The notes under the pieces are model-generated. The model did not search any database, was not told the DNA's origin, and saw only the letters and a list, made by a program, of their open reading frames with translations. Below are positions 26,278 through 39,478 of a stretch of DNA of 64,000 bases, in pieces. The stretch comes from Podarcis bocagei (lineage: Eukaryota). The position numbers and the translations under genes are program-made. Positions within the stretch are counted from its first letter, which is position 1. Each line of letters opens with the position of its first letter. The stretch lies in assembly GCA_964188305.1 (NCBI GenBank), contig OZ076900.1, one strand, 5' to 3'.

Positions 26278-28650
26278 TTACTATTGCTCCTTTAAAATTC
26301 TAAGGGAAAATTATGCTCTAGGTTGAACTTTTGCGTGTGATCCCCTGCCATTGCTATCCCCATTATCCCAAGGACACACCAATAAACATAAATAATATAT
26401 AGCTGTTGCCTAGGGCTAAAAAAAATACAAATTAGTTATATTATTTGTATATAAAATGTGTGTGTGTTTGTGTGTAGACACACATATTTTTAATTTTATA
26501 CACTTTTTTTCTCCCACTGCTCTTGACTTTTAAGTGCAGCATGACACAATTAGATTGCATATGTGAAGCTTTTCCTAGCAGAGAAATAAAGTGCTGGGAG
26601 AAGCTTCAAGTATTTCCTTCCTTGGCATGAATCCATAAATTCTGTCAACACTTTTTAGAGAGCCATTTTTTTTTTTTTTTGGTGGTCTCCAACAACCCTC
26701 CACATCTCATGTACAGAGGTCTTGGGACAGAGTCTAACTTGAGGTCACATTAAGGCTTCAGTTTTACTTGGAACCACTGAAGCCTCTTGCTGCTGCCAAG
26801 CATCTTTGAAGCTCAGCACAAATTTGAAGATGAGGGGAGCAGGGGAGCAGATTTCATTTGTGATGTTGCCCTGAGACTTCCTACTGTTTCTTAATACCTT
26901 TGGTGCACAGCACAAGGTCAGAGATAAGGTCCCATCTCTGGATTTGTTCTGGGACAACCATTCACCAGATTCTCCAAAGACACGTTTGCCATTGCCAGTT
27001 TGGTTGACTGCCTTTGTGGATTCCTCAGTCGAAGGCAGGGTTGTTGGGGAGTGGGGGTGGCGGCAGCGCTAATAGTATACATATTTTATAAATGAACACT
27101 GATTGCATCAGGTTATTCTGGCATGCTCCAAAATCTAGGCAAATGAGTAGTGACAAATGGTTGTCAGTAGCAGCATGGATAATGGGTGGTGGAGCCACAG
27201 AGGCACCCTCTGCGGCACCCACATCACAGCAAGGGGTGGCACGGTTGTGTGCGAATAGAGGTGCCGGATATGTGGTGGCACCCCTGTTGATGCATCCATA
27301 TGGCCCCAGCCTTGCCCCCATCCTGTCCAAGTAAGCAGCATTGACACCAGTGTTGGGAACATTGCTCTGTGGCTCTGCTTCACCTCATGTGGATTTGCAC
27401 ACATGTTTCTAGAATTACGCACAGCAGAGTTTTATCTGGGCCAAGGAAGAATGAATTGTTTCAATCAGTGCATCTCCACATGGTTAGACATTCAAGATTC
27501 CATTATCCTGTTATCTGTACCTGTGTATGTGTGCATGTGTAGGATGTGTATGTGCATGTAATGTGTCAGAGAAATAGATGAATACACACATATATAGCAA
27601 TCGTTGTGTAACTCCTTACAATATATTGTGAAATACATGTGTCTAAATTTAAATTAGTTTACCATATGTGCTGTGGTCTCTGTGTTTCATTCTAAGAGGG
27701 CTTTAAGACATTGCAAACAAGTGACCTGGCAGCCAACTGTGGAAGATGCCAAGCTAGCAGCTGGAGGAACTTTGGTGAAAAGTCCAAACCCACTCTGAGA
27801 ATGTGTTCATTTACCATCCAAAGGATTAGGATCAGGCTGTAACTGTGTTGAATAGAGTTTTGCAGGAAAACACAACAAAATTTCATATGCAATTGGAACA
27901 CTTAATGTTTTGCCCCTTTTCATACCTGGGAAGGCTGGGGGCATCTGCTTCATAAATGCTACTTGCCCCCAAATCTGTTATTTGTGAAAATTCATTCTCA
28001 TGTTTTAAAACACATCATTGAGAAACGGTGGCATGGGCAGAATAAACAGCACTCTTTAGATTCTTATCATCAACGGTCTTTGTGACATTTTGTCCCTTCT
28101 GTTTGTGTATATCTAGGAATCCTATGAACTCTGATACTGCCTTTTCAAAATTCCTACAATGATGAATCCTTCACAGCTTGAGATCATGCATGTGCTGTGT
28201 TGTGGTCAGATACAGTCTGGAAAAGACACACTAATATTGCATGGATTCCAGCTTATGTTTATTGAAACTGCATGCTGAGGCCAAAAGGAGCATTTTATAC
28301 TGCTATCCTAAACATATTTACCTGGGAACACAGTAGGACTTACTTCTGAGTATGCATGTCTAGGATTGTATTGTTTACAATGGCACCTACTCTAGATCAG
28401 TCTTCTTCAGTCTGGTGTCCTCAGATATTGTAGGACTACAATACCCACCATCCCTGCCCATTGGTCATGCTGACTGGAGCTGATGGGAGTTGTAGTTCAA
28501 CAACACATAGAAGGCACCAAGCTTGTGAAAGCTGCTCTAGTGCACATGTATTTCATGTAGGCAAAGGGTATTTAAACCACAGGGTGTGTTCTTTCTTGTG
28601 CAGACATTAATTTTGCTTTTACAACATGCTTCTCTGTCTTCTTTCCCTAG

Positions 28651-28889
28651 GCATTTCCTATTTAAGCATGGATCTGGCTCGTCAGCTATCTTCAGTGCCG
28701 CCAGTCAGAATTACCCTTTAACTTCCAATACTGTTTATTCGCCGCCTCCCAGGCCACTTCCTAGAAGTACTTTTTCTAGACCAGCTTTCTCTTTTAACAA
28801 ACCTTACAGATGCTGCAACTGGAAGTGTACTGCCTTGAGTGCAACAGCTATTACAGTCACACTGGCTTTGCTGCTTGCATATGTCATTG
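28651..28889 (+). CDS. TENM1: Teneurin-1 coding exon (~exon 5), end of intracellular domain and transmembrane helix
   Basis: ctttccctag| acceptor and G|gtaagc donor; 239 nt; encodes [79 protein letters not shown]. Confidence 0.97.
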
Positions 28890-30423
28890 GTAAGCTTTGT
28901 GTTTCATTTTGGTGCTCTTATATTTTTTCCACTTAATCTGCTTGTATGAGTATTATGCAGGGCAATTAACAGTGCAATCCTATCTGTATTTAGTCCCATT
29001 GAGTTCAGTGAGGTTTACTCACAAGTAAGTTTGTGTAAGATTACAGCTAGGGATGTAAGGCAGCATCATTTTCCATTCTGCCCAGTATTTGTAATGTGCA
29101 GCATTGTTTGATTGCACTGCAGTTCATCTTCTCCCCAAACTTTGTCATTACTCTCACTTTCCATGGATGAGAATTTATGAATATGGTCCAAACTAGCAGT
29201 TACTAGAGTAGACCTACAGAATAAAAATGGCAGATATGGGGCAAGAGGAGGAATGGGAGTGGGGAGCAAAAAAATAAAACAAGATATTAGGACCAAATCA
29301 GGTGTTTTCATGGTGGTTAGAGATGGAGGAATTTATACATGAGATTTCACAATTCTGACAGAGCTTTGCCCACACGGGGCATCCTCATCCATCAAGCACC
29401 TGGTTATGTTGAAGCTTCTCGTCCACTGTTGGATAGGTATTGTTTCTTCCAATAAAACTAATTATATGCAAAATTATGCATAAAAATTGCATATAAAGGA
29501 ATTAAGCTCAATGCAATGAAGTATTTCTGCAACAAGTAGCAGCACCTTGCACCCAGACTGGAGAGGTAATTTAAGGTAATTTAAGCTATATGCAATTTTC
29601 ACTTTATATTCTGGCTTTGGACCCTAACCTCCACATAAGATGCAATTCCACTGTGCATCATGAACAATATTTTCCACCTTTCCCTGGCTACAGGGAAGGT
29701 AGCATTGTGATGTGTGGATGGGATTAGGGAAAACAATGGAGGTCATAAAGCAGTATCAGGGTTTTCCATAATAAATGTATTGTGAATATGATCCTTGGAC
29801 TTAGGAAATTTGACCGCCTGCAGTATGCAGTGTGGGAAACATGGGAAAACAGCAAGTGCAGAATGATTCATCTTTGTAGATACAGTCTATGTCTGCTTTA
29901 GCCAAACCCTGGTTTTCATTGCTGCAGTTCTCCGGTTTCCTCCAAATTCACCAATTTTCCCTAGTTAAGGGAAGCATTCTTTTGTTTCTTGAGCTGATAT
30001 TAAGTTCTATCAACTGGATGTTTATTTGACAACAAGAGTCAGTCTGCATTCCTCCTTTTTAAAGTTACATTTGTGCATAAGAACTGGCTGGCAGAAATGG
30101 TCCTAACTTTGGTTGCCACTTAGCTTTAGTCCAGATTCAGGTTCCAGAGCTTAAAATCGTGATGGAGGGAAGCACTGAAGATTTGCCTGCAGTGTACCTG
30201 CAGGTGGGGCTTCTTCTTCAGGAGAGATATGGCAAGGCTTCCAATTGAAGGAACACTTCTAAATGCATTCAATCAAACAACCTTATAACCTTCAGATTTT
30301 CATGCTTGACATGTGATGGTCTGAACAGACCACATTCATTGCAACATTGTGTTCATGCCCCTGCCATCCCTACTATTCAGGCAAATGAACAGGACTTCTG
30401 CAGATATGTAAACATCTGGAGAT

Positions 30424-30746
30424 GGGATGCAGGTGGTGCTGTGGTCTAAACCACTGAGCCTAGGGCTTGCCGATCAGAAGGTTGGTGGTTTGAATCCCCA
30501 CGACGGGGTGAGCTCCCGTTGCTCGGTCTCTGCTCCTGCCAGCCTAGCAGTTCGAAAGCACATCAAAGTGCAAGTAGATAAATAGGTACTGCTCCGGCAG
30601 GAAGGTAAACAGCATTTCCATGCGCTGCTCTGGTTTCGCCAGAAGCGGCTTAGTCATGCCACTCCCTCAGCCAGTAAAGCGAGATGAGCGCCGCAACCCC
30701 AGAGTCGTTCGCGACTGGACTTAACTGTCAGGGGTCCTTTACCTTT
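30424..30746 (+). mobile_element. Sauria SINE (Squam1), near full length
   Basis: tRNA-like head, diagnostic core gcagttcgaaagcac..caaagtgcaagtagataaataggtac, ACCTTT tail; 13-bp TSD taaacatctggag (30409-30421 / 30746-30758). Confidence 0.93.
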
Positions 30747-32233
30747 AAACATCTGGAGGCAGAAACATAGTTTTTCCAGCAACAAATCATAGGGGTCCTT
30801 TCTGCTGTCTGTGTTTTGTTAACTTACTACATGTTAAACATAACAGCAGTGTACATTATATATTGGAGTAAACGTAGCATGTTTTATTGCAGTAAGTGTT
30901 ACCATTATTTCAGTAATGCATAAATACACCTCCATGTTTAATAGGACAGAACTGCGTTACCTCTTTCTGCAGATGTTTAAAGCAAGAACTTTGTTTGTAG
31001 TAATCAACCAAAGTCATTTAATCCAAAATTGTGATTGTCCCCACCTCCGCAGCATAATGTTGGCTGGGACTGAACATAGTCCAAAAGGTCTGGAGGGCAT
31101 TGGGTTAGCAAGGGCTGCTTTAAGACAAAACAAATGAGCTTCTGCAAACTTTTCGGCTGGATCAGAAATCAACTACTGTAGGGTTCACTCATACAACAAG
31201 CCATGGTAGGTCGCAACAGAGTCTGAAAAAACAAGTTTGAATATGCAAGATTAATTAGGTTCCCATTGTTGTTGATGATGATTATATTATTGTTATTGCA
31301 GTGCTGTACTTCATCATCTTTGCTTTGTTCATAGGCTCCAAAGGAGAGTATCAAAGGGTTGGTCATTATGAATTGATCCGTAATTAATCATTTGCTCACA
31401 CCTTTCAGAAATCCTCATGCTAGAATAGAGGAGAATAAATAAATGTTAACTCAACTCATAGAAATAGAATAGATGCCAGGAGGATTAAAAGGGCAGACAC
31501 CTTATGGAAAGCAAAGCAGTATTTGTGGAGTGAAATGTCTTCTCTTGTACTCACACCCATGGGGATCCATTTGCCTAACCTGTCCTAGGCAGTATATGTT
31601 TGGTCTTCTTTTCCTCTCTTGTCCTCAGAACTGATTGATAGGTGTGGGAAGAAGATGCTGTTTTGTATGCTAGATGCTACCAGGTGCTTAACAAAGCCTC
31701 TTTGCCACTCTGAAAGGGCAAGCAAAACGCCCTGTTGCTTCCTAATGGTTATCTAGTCCCTAACACTGACCAGCTCATCCTGAAAGGTCAAACTCTCATT
31801 TGTATTTCGGATGGTGTAATCTTTCAAATTATGCCTCATGAAGCAGTGAATATTCTAATTAAATAGATCAATCCATGGGGCTCGCAGAATTGTTAGCTTG
31901 CGGGGGGAGGTTAAGCTTTCTGTGGTCCCACCAAAAATCTTCTCCAAAGTTCTCTTTGCATCAGGAGGGAAGCCTCCATTTGTATTGGTGGACACTGTTC
32001 TTCCCTCTCAGTACAAACTGCATGGGGGGGGGATTTTTCTACCCCTGGAGTCCTTGTCATTTCCCTGTGGCTGATATTTTACATCAGAGTTGGACAGCCT
32101 GAGGGGCCCAATTGCTAACCCTCAGAACTTTCCTCTGCTTCAACCCTGAGCGTGTTTGGGGGCTGCAGTGTGTCCTTCAACTCTGGTAATATATCTTGTC
32201 TGCATGGAGGCATGGCCTGGAGAGAGTCCCAAG

Positions 32234-32410
32234 CATAGCTGTCAAGCTTCCCTTTTTCGTGGGAAATTCCCTTATTCCAGCGCCGTTTCCCGCTGCTATC
32301 CTGGATTGTTAGATATCCCGTAGACTGTCCCCGGGACAGGTGAGGCTGCCGATCCCTTATTTTCGAGGCTGCTGATCCCTTATTTTCAAATCTGAAAATT
32401 GACAGCTATG
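32234..32410. mobile_element. Young hAT MITE
   Basis: TIR CATAGCTGTCAA/TTGACAGCTATG; perfect 8-bp TSD gtcccaag; internal 23-bp tandem duplication gaggctgc(c/t)gatcccttattttc; nested in an older hAT-like remnant. Confidence 0.9.
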
Positions 32411-32614
32411 GTCCCAAGGAGCAGTTGGCACTGGAAACCCACATTTGACCCATGTGTCAGAGGTTCCCCACCACTGATGTGGTGTTTGAAATTCACCATT
32501 CACTTGCACAACATTTTCCGTTTACTAGTTAGAAGAGCTGCTGAGTGAGGGGGGAGGGGAAAGATGCTACAAGTATGTGTAATTTCTCAGAGTCAAATAT
32601 TTAAGAGTCAGTCA

Positions 32615-32915
32615 GGACATAGAATTGAAGAGCTGCAAAGGAACCCTGAAGATAATCTAGTTCAATCCAATCCCGTAACTGAGGCGGGATTTGCTGTGCC
32701 TAAACTAAATCTTTATCCAAGCTCTTCATGAAAAGGATCCAGGAAAAGTAATTCTCCATCTTCCCTGGGCAACCTTACTCTATTTGGCTAACTCCTCATT
32801 TGGTTAAGATGTTTTATCTGATCTCAAATTACTTTCCTGTAGTTTAAATCCCTTTCATGTGTCTGTCTTGTGGCTGAGAGAAATTTATCTCTCCTGTGGA
32901 AATCTTTTAAGCATT
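32615..32915 (-). mobile_element. CR1 LINE 3' fragment, degenerate
   Basis: catagaatt...gaaccctgaagataatctagttcaatcc...ctccatcttccctgggcaacct, a CR1 3' end in reverse. Confidence 0.6.
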
Positions 32916-34189
32916 TTAATGCTGTGGATCTAACACAATCTTAAAAATTTGCCTTGGCTGGTAACACAAGTAGGAGTATGCCCTGCTACAGCGAAAAAGA
33001 AAAGGAAGGAGAAGCCATTCTGTTAAAGCCATCACCTTATCTTAGTCAATTGATCATCTGGCTTTTGTTTGATTGATTGTATCAGGATAAATTTTCATAA
33101 GAATAAAACAATCATTCTAAACTAAAAGACAGGCTTTTTTGAGCTGGATTGACACTTAATTCTACTTAGAGTAAACCCACTGAATTAGTCATTGATTTCT
33201 ACTAAGCAGTTGGCTATTGTAAGAACAGGATGCTGGACTAGGTTTCCCTTTGGTCTGATCCAGTGGGATTCCTATGTCCTTAAGTATGACTAAGTCTGGA
33301 TCCAACCCATAATATTTAGATGCTGTACACCCATTTCAGAGCAAAGGTTACCTTAGAAGAAGCAGTTTTTCCATCTTGTATGGCAAGGCACCTAAAAACT
33401 TCTGTTTTTGTAAATACTTGTAATTTTAAATAATTCATTTTTTAAAACAACAACAACATGATCCACTGCTATCCAATCAACCAGTAACGCTTTAACCAAT
33501 CAGAAGATTTTCAGTCAATAAATCTGACTGGTTTAATCATCCAAAACTGCAATCATAAACACACTTACTGAGATGTTACCCTAATTGATTGCAGTGGGAC
33601 TCCCCCCCCCCCCAATAAACATACACAGGATTGCACTAAGCAGTTGCAATCCAGTGTACCCTTCCTTGGGGAAATGCTTCATTGAACAGAGTGGAACTTA
33701 TTTCTGAGTACACCTGCATAAGGATTGTACTTTATACACCATATCCTATGCTTGGCAAAATAACCACCAGCCCTGAGTGTTTATCCTCCACATAACTGTT
33801 AAGTGGAGCTGGAAATGAATTGCAGAGCTCAAACATTCTATGGATTCTACTGTAGGACCTTTAAAATGGTGGTGCCTCATTGCCTCATTGTCAGGATAGG
33901 GTTAGGGAATGCCAAAGATGGTGTAGGGATAGGCAAATCTGTCAATTTCATTTTCTCCCAGTTACTCATTCTTTCCAGTCCAAAGTTCAATTTTCCACAT
34001 TTCCACATCAGCTTGCAATATTTTTCCATTAAGTCCTCATCAGGATCCTATTGCTGATTTCTCCTAATACACACGTTTGTAAGCAATTTAGCCCATTAAA
34101 CACATATCTGCAAAGCTATCCCCCTTAAAGCAATGCAATTGTGTAGGTTATTTTCACTAAAATGTGTGGTTTTTATGCAAGCGTTAGTA

Positions 34190-34794
34190 CCATATTTTTC
34201 GCCCTATAGGATGCACTTTTCCCCCTCCAAAAATGAAGGGGAAATGTGTGTGCATCCTATGGGGCGAATGCAGGCTTTCCCGGGCTTCCTGCAGCTCTGC
34301 GCCACCCTCCCAATCCTGGCGCGAAGCCGTGCGGGGCTCCGGAGCATGGCGTGGAGCTGCCTGCGCTCCAGGGCTTCTTGCAGCTCCGCGCCACCCTCCG
34401 GATCCCGGCGCAAAGCTGCGCGGGGCTCCGGAGGGTGGTGCGGAGCTGCCTGCACTCCAGGGCTTCCTGCAGCTCCGCGCCACCCCCCGGATCCCGGCGC
34501 GAAGCCGCGTGGGGCTCCGGAGGGTGGCACGGAGCTGCCTGCATTCCGAAGCCTGGTGCACGCTGAAGAGCGACCCCGGGCTTCGCGCACCTCTCCGCAA
34601 GCCTGGGGAGACCGACGCGGCTGCCTAGGCTTGCAGATAGCAGGCTGTTCTGGGGGCTGGGGTCGGGGGAAGCTTGGGCTTCCCCTGCGCCTTCCCCCGT
34701 GCCTGGGGAGGGGAAATTTTTTTTCTTTATTCCCCCCCCAAAAAAATTAGGTGCGTCCTATGGGGCGGTGCGTCCTATGGGGCGAAAAATATGG
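34190..34794. mobile_element. Tc1/mariner (Tc2/pogo-like) non-autonomous element
   Basis: TA-CCATATTTTTCGCCCTATAGGATGCAC ... GTGCGTCCTATGGGGCGAAAAATATGG-TA; very CpG-rich, so young. Confidence 0.88.
34282..34548. repeat. GC-rich minisatellite, 3 x 89 bp, each unit internally palindromic
   Basis: Unit starts (gggcttc.tgcagctc) at 34282, 34371 and 34460. Confidence 0.9.
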
Positions 34795-36987
34795 TAAATG
34801 CTAGTTACTTGGCTAGAGGTGCATCACAGAATTCAGAGAAGTGTGGATTTCAAGCGATGGCTGTTTCAGTTCTCATATTGTTTTGGGAAGTGCAACTTAG
34901 ATAGGATCACCCTTAAATGTGAACTGAATTGAATTTCTCCCTCATCCCTAGTTGTTTGGCACTTAACTTTTGCACCTGGAGTCCCTAGATACTGCTGCAG
35001 TGTGGATAGTCACTTCAAGGCTGGATCATGGGTGAGCCATGCGCTGAGAACCAGTAGCCATGGGACAAGACAAAGAGAACCAAAGAGCAAGTCTGGAATG
35101 GAAACCAGGAGAAAGGGCCAAACAATAACCATAAAAATAATACAACCACATCAGGGTTCAGGAAGACCTTGTCGTTCAGACAAGACACAACTGAGGCAGG
35201 AAGCACTCTTATACTCCTACCCATCCATGGAGAATCCAGTGACCAGTAGGTGGAGTCTGTCCAGGGCATGAATGTGCTCCACTGAGAAGCTGCCGAAACT
35301 ACAAATGAAAGGCAGTTGCCTTTCATTTGTAACACCACGCAAGGGAGCTCCACACAGATCTGTCAGCTCCTAACAAATCATCACTTGGTGCTTGATCCAT
35401 GACTGGTCTTAGGCCTTTGAGCCTTAAGCCCAGCACCACAGCAAATATTCCATCATCACAGCAAATAGCATAGGCTACAAGGCCATCATTGCATTTAATC
35501 TGGAGGAAAGCCCTGTGGATATACCCACAGAGTTTACTTCCTGGGAAATGTATGTGGGTAGAGGTGCAATTGACAGTTAAGTGCTAAGGCGGCTGCATTT
35601 GCTGATGTACCTGAGTACACCACAAAAGTGATCTTTATGTTGGGATACTGCAGGAATGGCACACTTGGAGAAAAGGTCAGTGCATATGTTTGCAAGGGTC
35701 TTCCCCACCTTGATGCTCTCGTAGTGTTTTGAGCTGCAACTCTCACAATCTGTGACTGCTGGTTACTATGTTGGCTGGGTTTGGAAGGAGTTGCAAAACA
35801 TCTGAAGGCCATCACATTGGGGAAATCTGGTTTAGAACATACATGATCACATTTATCCAAAACATGGGGAACCTTTGGCTCACCATATGTTGCAGTGCAA
35901 CTCTCAATATCCCTGGCCATGTGTGCTGGGGCTCTCCAGAGTTGTAGTTCAACAATATCTGGAAGGCCAAAGGTTTCCTACATCTGATTTATCCCAAAAG
36001 CTGAGAGCAATATATATATTTAAACAAATACATAGCTTTTCCTTTTTCAGTCTGATAACCATCCTGTGATATGGCTTACATTGGGGGATTGTTATTGGCC
36101 CACACTTGCCTATTAAGATAATTATTGGCCCAAGGTCTTCCAATGAATGTTGCTCTTCCTGTCCAACGTCAGCACCCAGTCTACCACACTGAGCTGAATA
36201 GGCTGCCAGTTTTTAATTCAATTAGTTGCATAGCAATTAGATGAAAGATCATCTTCCCAGTTCGTCTCAATAAAGGTCAATAACGGCAATATAACCTTGT
36301 AATAATGGAATATCACAAGGGACCATAGCAGCTGAGCTATGCAAGGGGAAAATGTGCTCTGCAAACTAGAGCAACTTCCTACAACTAGTGCCCACTAATT
36401 GTATTTATGAATCTTCTCTTCACACAAAAAAGTCCTCAAGTTAATGTAGAATAAAAATACACAAATATTAATGTGCTTCAGAAAGTTTGGTCAAGAAAAT
36501 GCCTTTTGTGCTTATAATGGGCTAAATGACAGCTAATATATATCCTGCCATGTACTCTTTTCCAGCAGGTTATCTGAGAGATTAAGGAAAAAATCATTCT
36601 CCTCTCCTGAAAATTGCCTACCCCCAATGCATACCATGAATTTGGGGGAAACCATTTTGATGATTTATCAATGGGGAGCATTATGTATAATTATTGGAGG
36701 GGCATTAATCAGTGGTGTTTCCTTTGTTACCTCTTCTGTTTCCACTGGTGGTTGCTGTGGAACTCCTGCTAGTGCCTCCCCCGCCCCATGTCTCCTTGGG
36801 AAATTGCTACACACTGGCCTAGCATTATTTGGAGTGGGCATTTGTAGTGGAGGGTGGCAGGGGCAAAGAGGAGCTCCGTTACAACTTGTAGTGATGGCAA
36901 ATAAAATAAAAAGGAATGAAGGAAAGGAAAATGCAAAATTGGAAACATAGGAAAAGTCTGCTAGATCTGGCCAATGACCTACCTAGT

Positions 36988-37250
36988 CACAGAATCAAAG
37001 AATTGCAGAATTGGAAGGGACCCCAAGGGTCATCTAGCACAACTCCCTACGATATGAGAGCCTCAACTAAAACATCCATGATAGATGATCATCCAACCTC
37101 TGTTTAAATACCTTCAGTCCACAATCTCTTGCGAGAGTCAGTTCCACTGTCGATCAGCTCCTGCTTTCAGAAAGTTCTTCCTGATATTTAGTTGGAATCT
37201 GCTTTCTTGTAACTTGAAGTCATTGGTTTAGGTCCTACTGTCAGGAGCAA
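36988..37250 (-). mobile_element. CR1 LINE 3' fragment
   Basis: agaatcaaagaattgcagaattggaagggaccccaagggtcatctag...agaaagttcttcctgatatttagttggaatct. Confidence 0.75.
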
Positions 37251-37708
37251 GCCAGCAGTAAGTGAAGTTAATTCTTTAGTAGAGTCCCCTCCTCTGGGGT
37301 TTTCCCCAAGCAATCTGAGAGTGTGCCTGTGTGCCTGCCTTTGCTCCTCCTCCTTCATGCCTCTCCTTGTCCTGGGAGACCAGGGGGAAAAGGAGCTTGT
37401 CACAGCAGGAAAGGCAGACATCCATGGTTCTTTGCAAGCCTGTCTCATTCCGCCTCTCATCTTCAATAGTCTAGTGTCCTGTTCTCAGACTTGCCAACCA
37501 GATGCCTGTGGGAATCTTGCAAGTTGGACATGGGCAGAACTCCTCCCCTTGTGGGGTTTCCAGCAACTGGTATTCAGAAGCATTACTACCTCCAACTATG
37601 GAGGCCGAGCAGAACCATCATGGCTAGTAGCAACTGATAGCTCTCTCCACCATGATAACAGGTATGCCTCCCCACTCCCAGCCAAAAAATCAGAATAATT
37701 TCCTAATA

Positions 37709-37928
37709 CAGTGGTACTTTGGGTTACAGATGCTTCAGGTTACAGACTCCGCTAATCCAGAAAGAGTACCTCAGGTTAAGAACTTTGCTTCAGGATGAAA
37801 ACAGAAATTGCGCAGCGACGGCACAGCGGCAGCGGGAGGCCCCATTAGCTAAAGTGGTACCTCAGGTTAAGAACAGTTTCATGTTAAGAATGGACCTCCA
37901 GAATGAATTAAGTTCTTAACCCAAGGTA
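37709..37928 (+). mobile_element. Tc1/mariner MITE family A, right TIR truncated by a Sauria SINE
   Basis: TA-CAGTGGTAC...; body homologous to the 4172 copy; ends at aacccaaggta without ccactgta. Confidence 0.88.
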
Positions 37929-38237
37929 AAGGTAAAGGGACCCCTGACCATTAGGTCCAGTTGTGACCGACTCTGGGGTTGCGACACTCATCTCGCTTTA
38001 TTGGCCAGGGAGCCGGTGTCATGTGGCCAGCATGACTAAGCTGCTGCTGGCAAACCAGAGCAGTGCACAGAAACGCCATTTACCTTCACGCCGGAGAAGT
38101 ACCTATTTATCTACTTGCATTTTGATGTGCTTTCGAACTGCTAGTTGGCAGGAGCAGAGACCAAGCAACGGGAGCTCAGCCCGTCACGGGGATTCGAACT
38201 CCTGGCCTTCTGATCGGCAAGTCCTAAGCTCTGTGGT
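37923..38237 (-). mobile_element. Sauria SINE (Squam1), 5' end missing
   Basis: (aaggta)n tail, gacccctgaccattaggtccag, tacctatttatctacttgca, ggggattcgaac. Confidence 0.92.
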
Positions 38238-38430
38238 ACCGCTCCGGCGGGAAGGTAAACAGCGTTTTTGTGCGCTGCTCTGGTTCGCCAGAAGCGGCTT
38301 TGTCGTGCTGGCCACATGACCCAGAACTCCAGCTCTCTCGGCCGATAAAACAAGATGAGCGCCGCAACCCCAGAGTTGGTCACGACTGGACCTAATGGTC
38401 AGGGGTCCCTTTACCTTTAACTTTTTACCT
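38235..38430 (+). mobile_element. Sauria SINE (Squam1), 3' half
   Basis: ggtaccgctccggcgggaaggtaaac...ggacctaatggtcaggggtccctttaccttt. Confidence 0.92.
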
Positions 38431-39300
38431 CGGTTGAAGGCAGCAATTTGCCTTTGAATACCAGTTGCTCGGATTTTCAAGGAATTTTCAAGGGAAGAGA
38501 GTACTGTTGTGCTCAGGTCCTGCTTCTGGCCTTCCCAGTGTCATCTAGTTGGCCGCTATAAGATTACAGTAGTGGACTAGGTAGTCTTTGGCCTGATGCG
38601 ACAGGGCTCATCTTATGCAGGGCTGGCTCCCAGGTTTGAGGAGATCTGGGCAAAGTATCCTCTCATGCAATAACAAGCAGACTTAGTTTACAAGAATCCA
38701 GCCTTTCTGTGATATTTCCCAATTATAATTCCTAGTTTAAGGGAAATGTAATATGGTTTGCCAGGAGAACTCATTTGGACAACTTGGCCCAGGCTGTTCA
38801 GCTGGAAACTCTTCTTACCGGTTCCATCTCCTCCACTCACCTGGAAGATAAGTCACGTTGGCTTGATAAATACATACTGCACTGATTTATGTTTTATTTT
38901 TAATTCATGGATCCACTGTAGGGAGTCTCTTGTGTTTCAGCCAAGCTTCATATTTTGTTCGCTGCCAAACTTTGCAGAACACAAGTTGACAAGCTGTGCT
39001 TACACAGAAGGTAGATAAGAATAAATTCAATTTAATCATTGGCTTTGTAGCAGATGGTGGGTTAATCCAGTTTACAAAATGTAATCTGCAAAAATAAAAA
39101 AATAAAAATGCACTACTACTACTACGGCGAGAACCATAACCCATGTGCAGTTTTGCAGGTCTCTTTCCCAAATATATGACACCATTTGAAAGATAAATAA
39201 TATGTTATCTACACATGCCAAGGTTTTCTTTTCATTAAACAATAAAAAGCAGCATAATGCAGTTGCATACTTCAGTTGCTGAGCTCTCGTACGTTGTAGA

Positions 39301-39478
39301 GAAAGGGCCATAGCTCAGTGGTGGAGCATCTGCTTTGCATGCAGAAGGCTCCAGGTTCAATCCTGGTGGGGCTGGGAGAGAATCCTGCCTGAAATCCTGG
39401 AGAACCCCTGCCAAGCGATGCTGAGCTAGTTAAATCAGTGGTCTGACTCAGTTTAAGGCAGCTTCTTATGTTTCTATG
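39301..39478 (+). mobile_element. tRNA-headed SINE (Squam2-like), near full length
   Basis: gggccatagctcagtggtggagcatctgctttgcatgcagaagg...ggttcaatcc head; 3' end ggtctgactcagtttaaggcagcttcttatgtttctatg. Confidence 0.8.

Larger units (their letters stand above)
33924..34950 (+). mobile_element. Old hAT-like element (tagggat...atcccta) hosting a Tc2-type MITE
   Basis: Short terminal inverted motifs; homologous to 23715-24190 and 43505-43860 in reverse; continues on both sides of the 34190-34794 insert. Confidence 0.6.

Noticed and set aside
34282-34548. CRISPR-like array of palindromic repeats
   Set aside because: Contiguous tandem units without unique spacers, no cas genes, vertebrate intron.
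34133-34750. 205-aa ORF and overlapping ORFs on both strands
   Set aside because: By-product of a stop-poor GC-rich 89-bp tandem array inside a MITE; the peptides are repetitive with no domain.
37963-38480. Recurrent peptides such as HVASMTKLLL...CFRTA and LRLRTLLQDENRN in several ORFs (also 18392, 47231, 60769)
   Set aside because: Translations of Sauria SINE and MITE copies, not a gene family.
39301-39375. tRNA gene (also 499, 5200, 22231, 30424, 55396)
   Set aside because: A/B boxes continue into SINE bodies; no intact cloverleaf acceptor stem or terminator.
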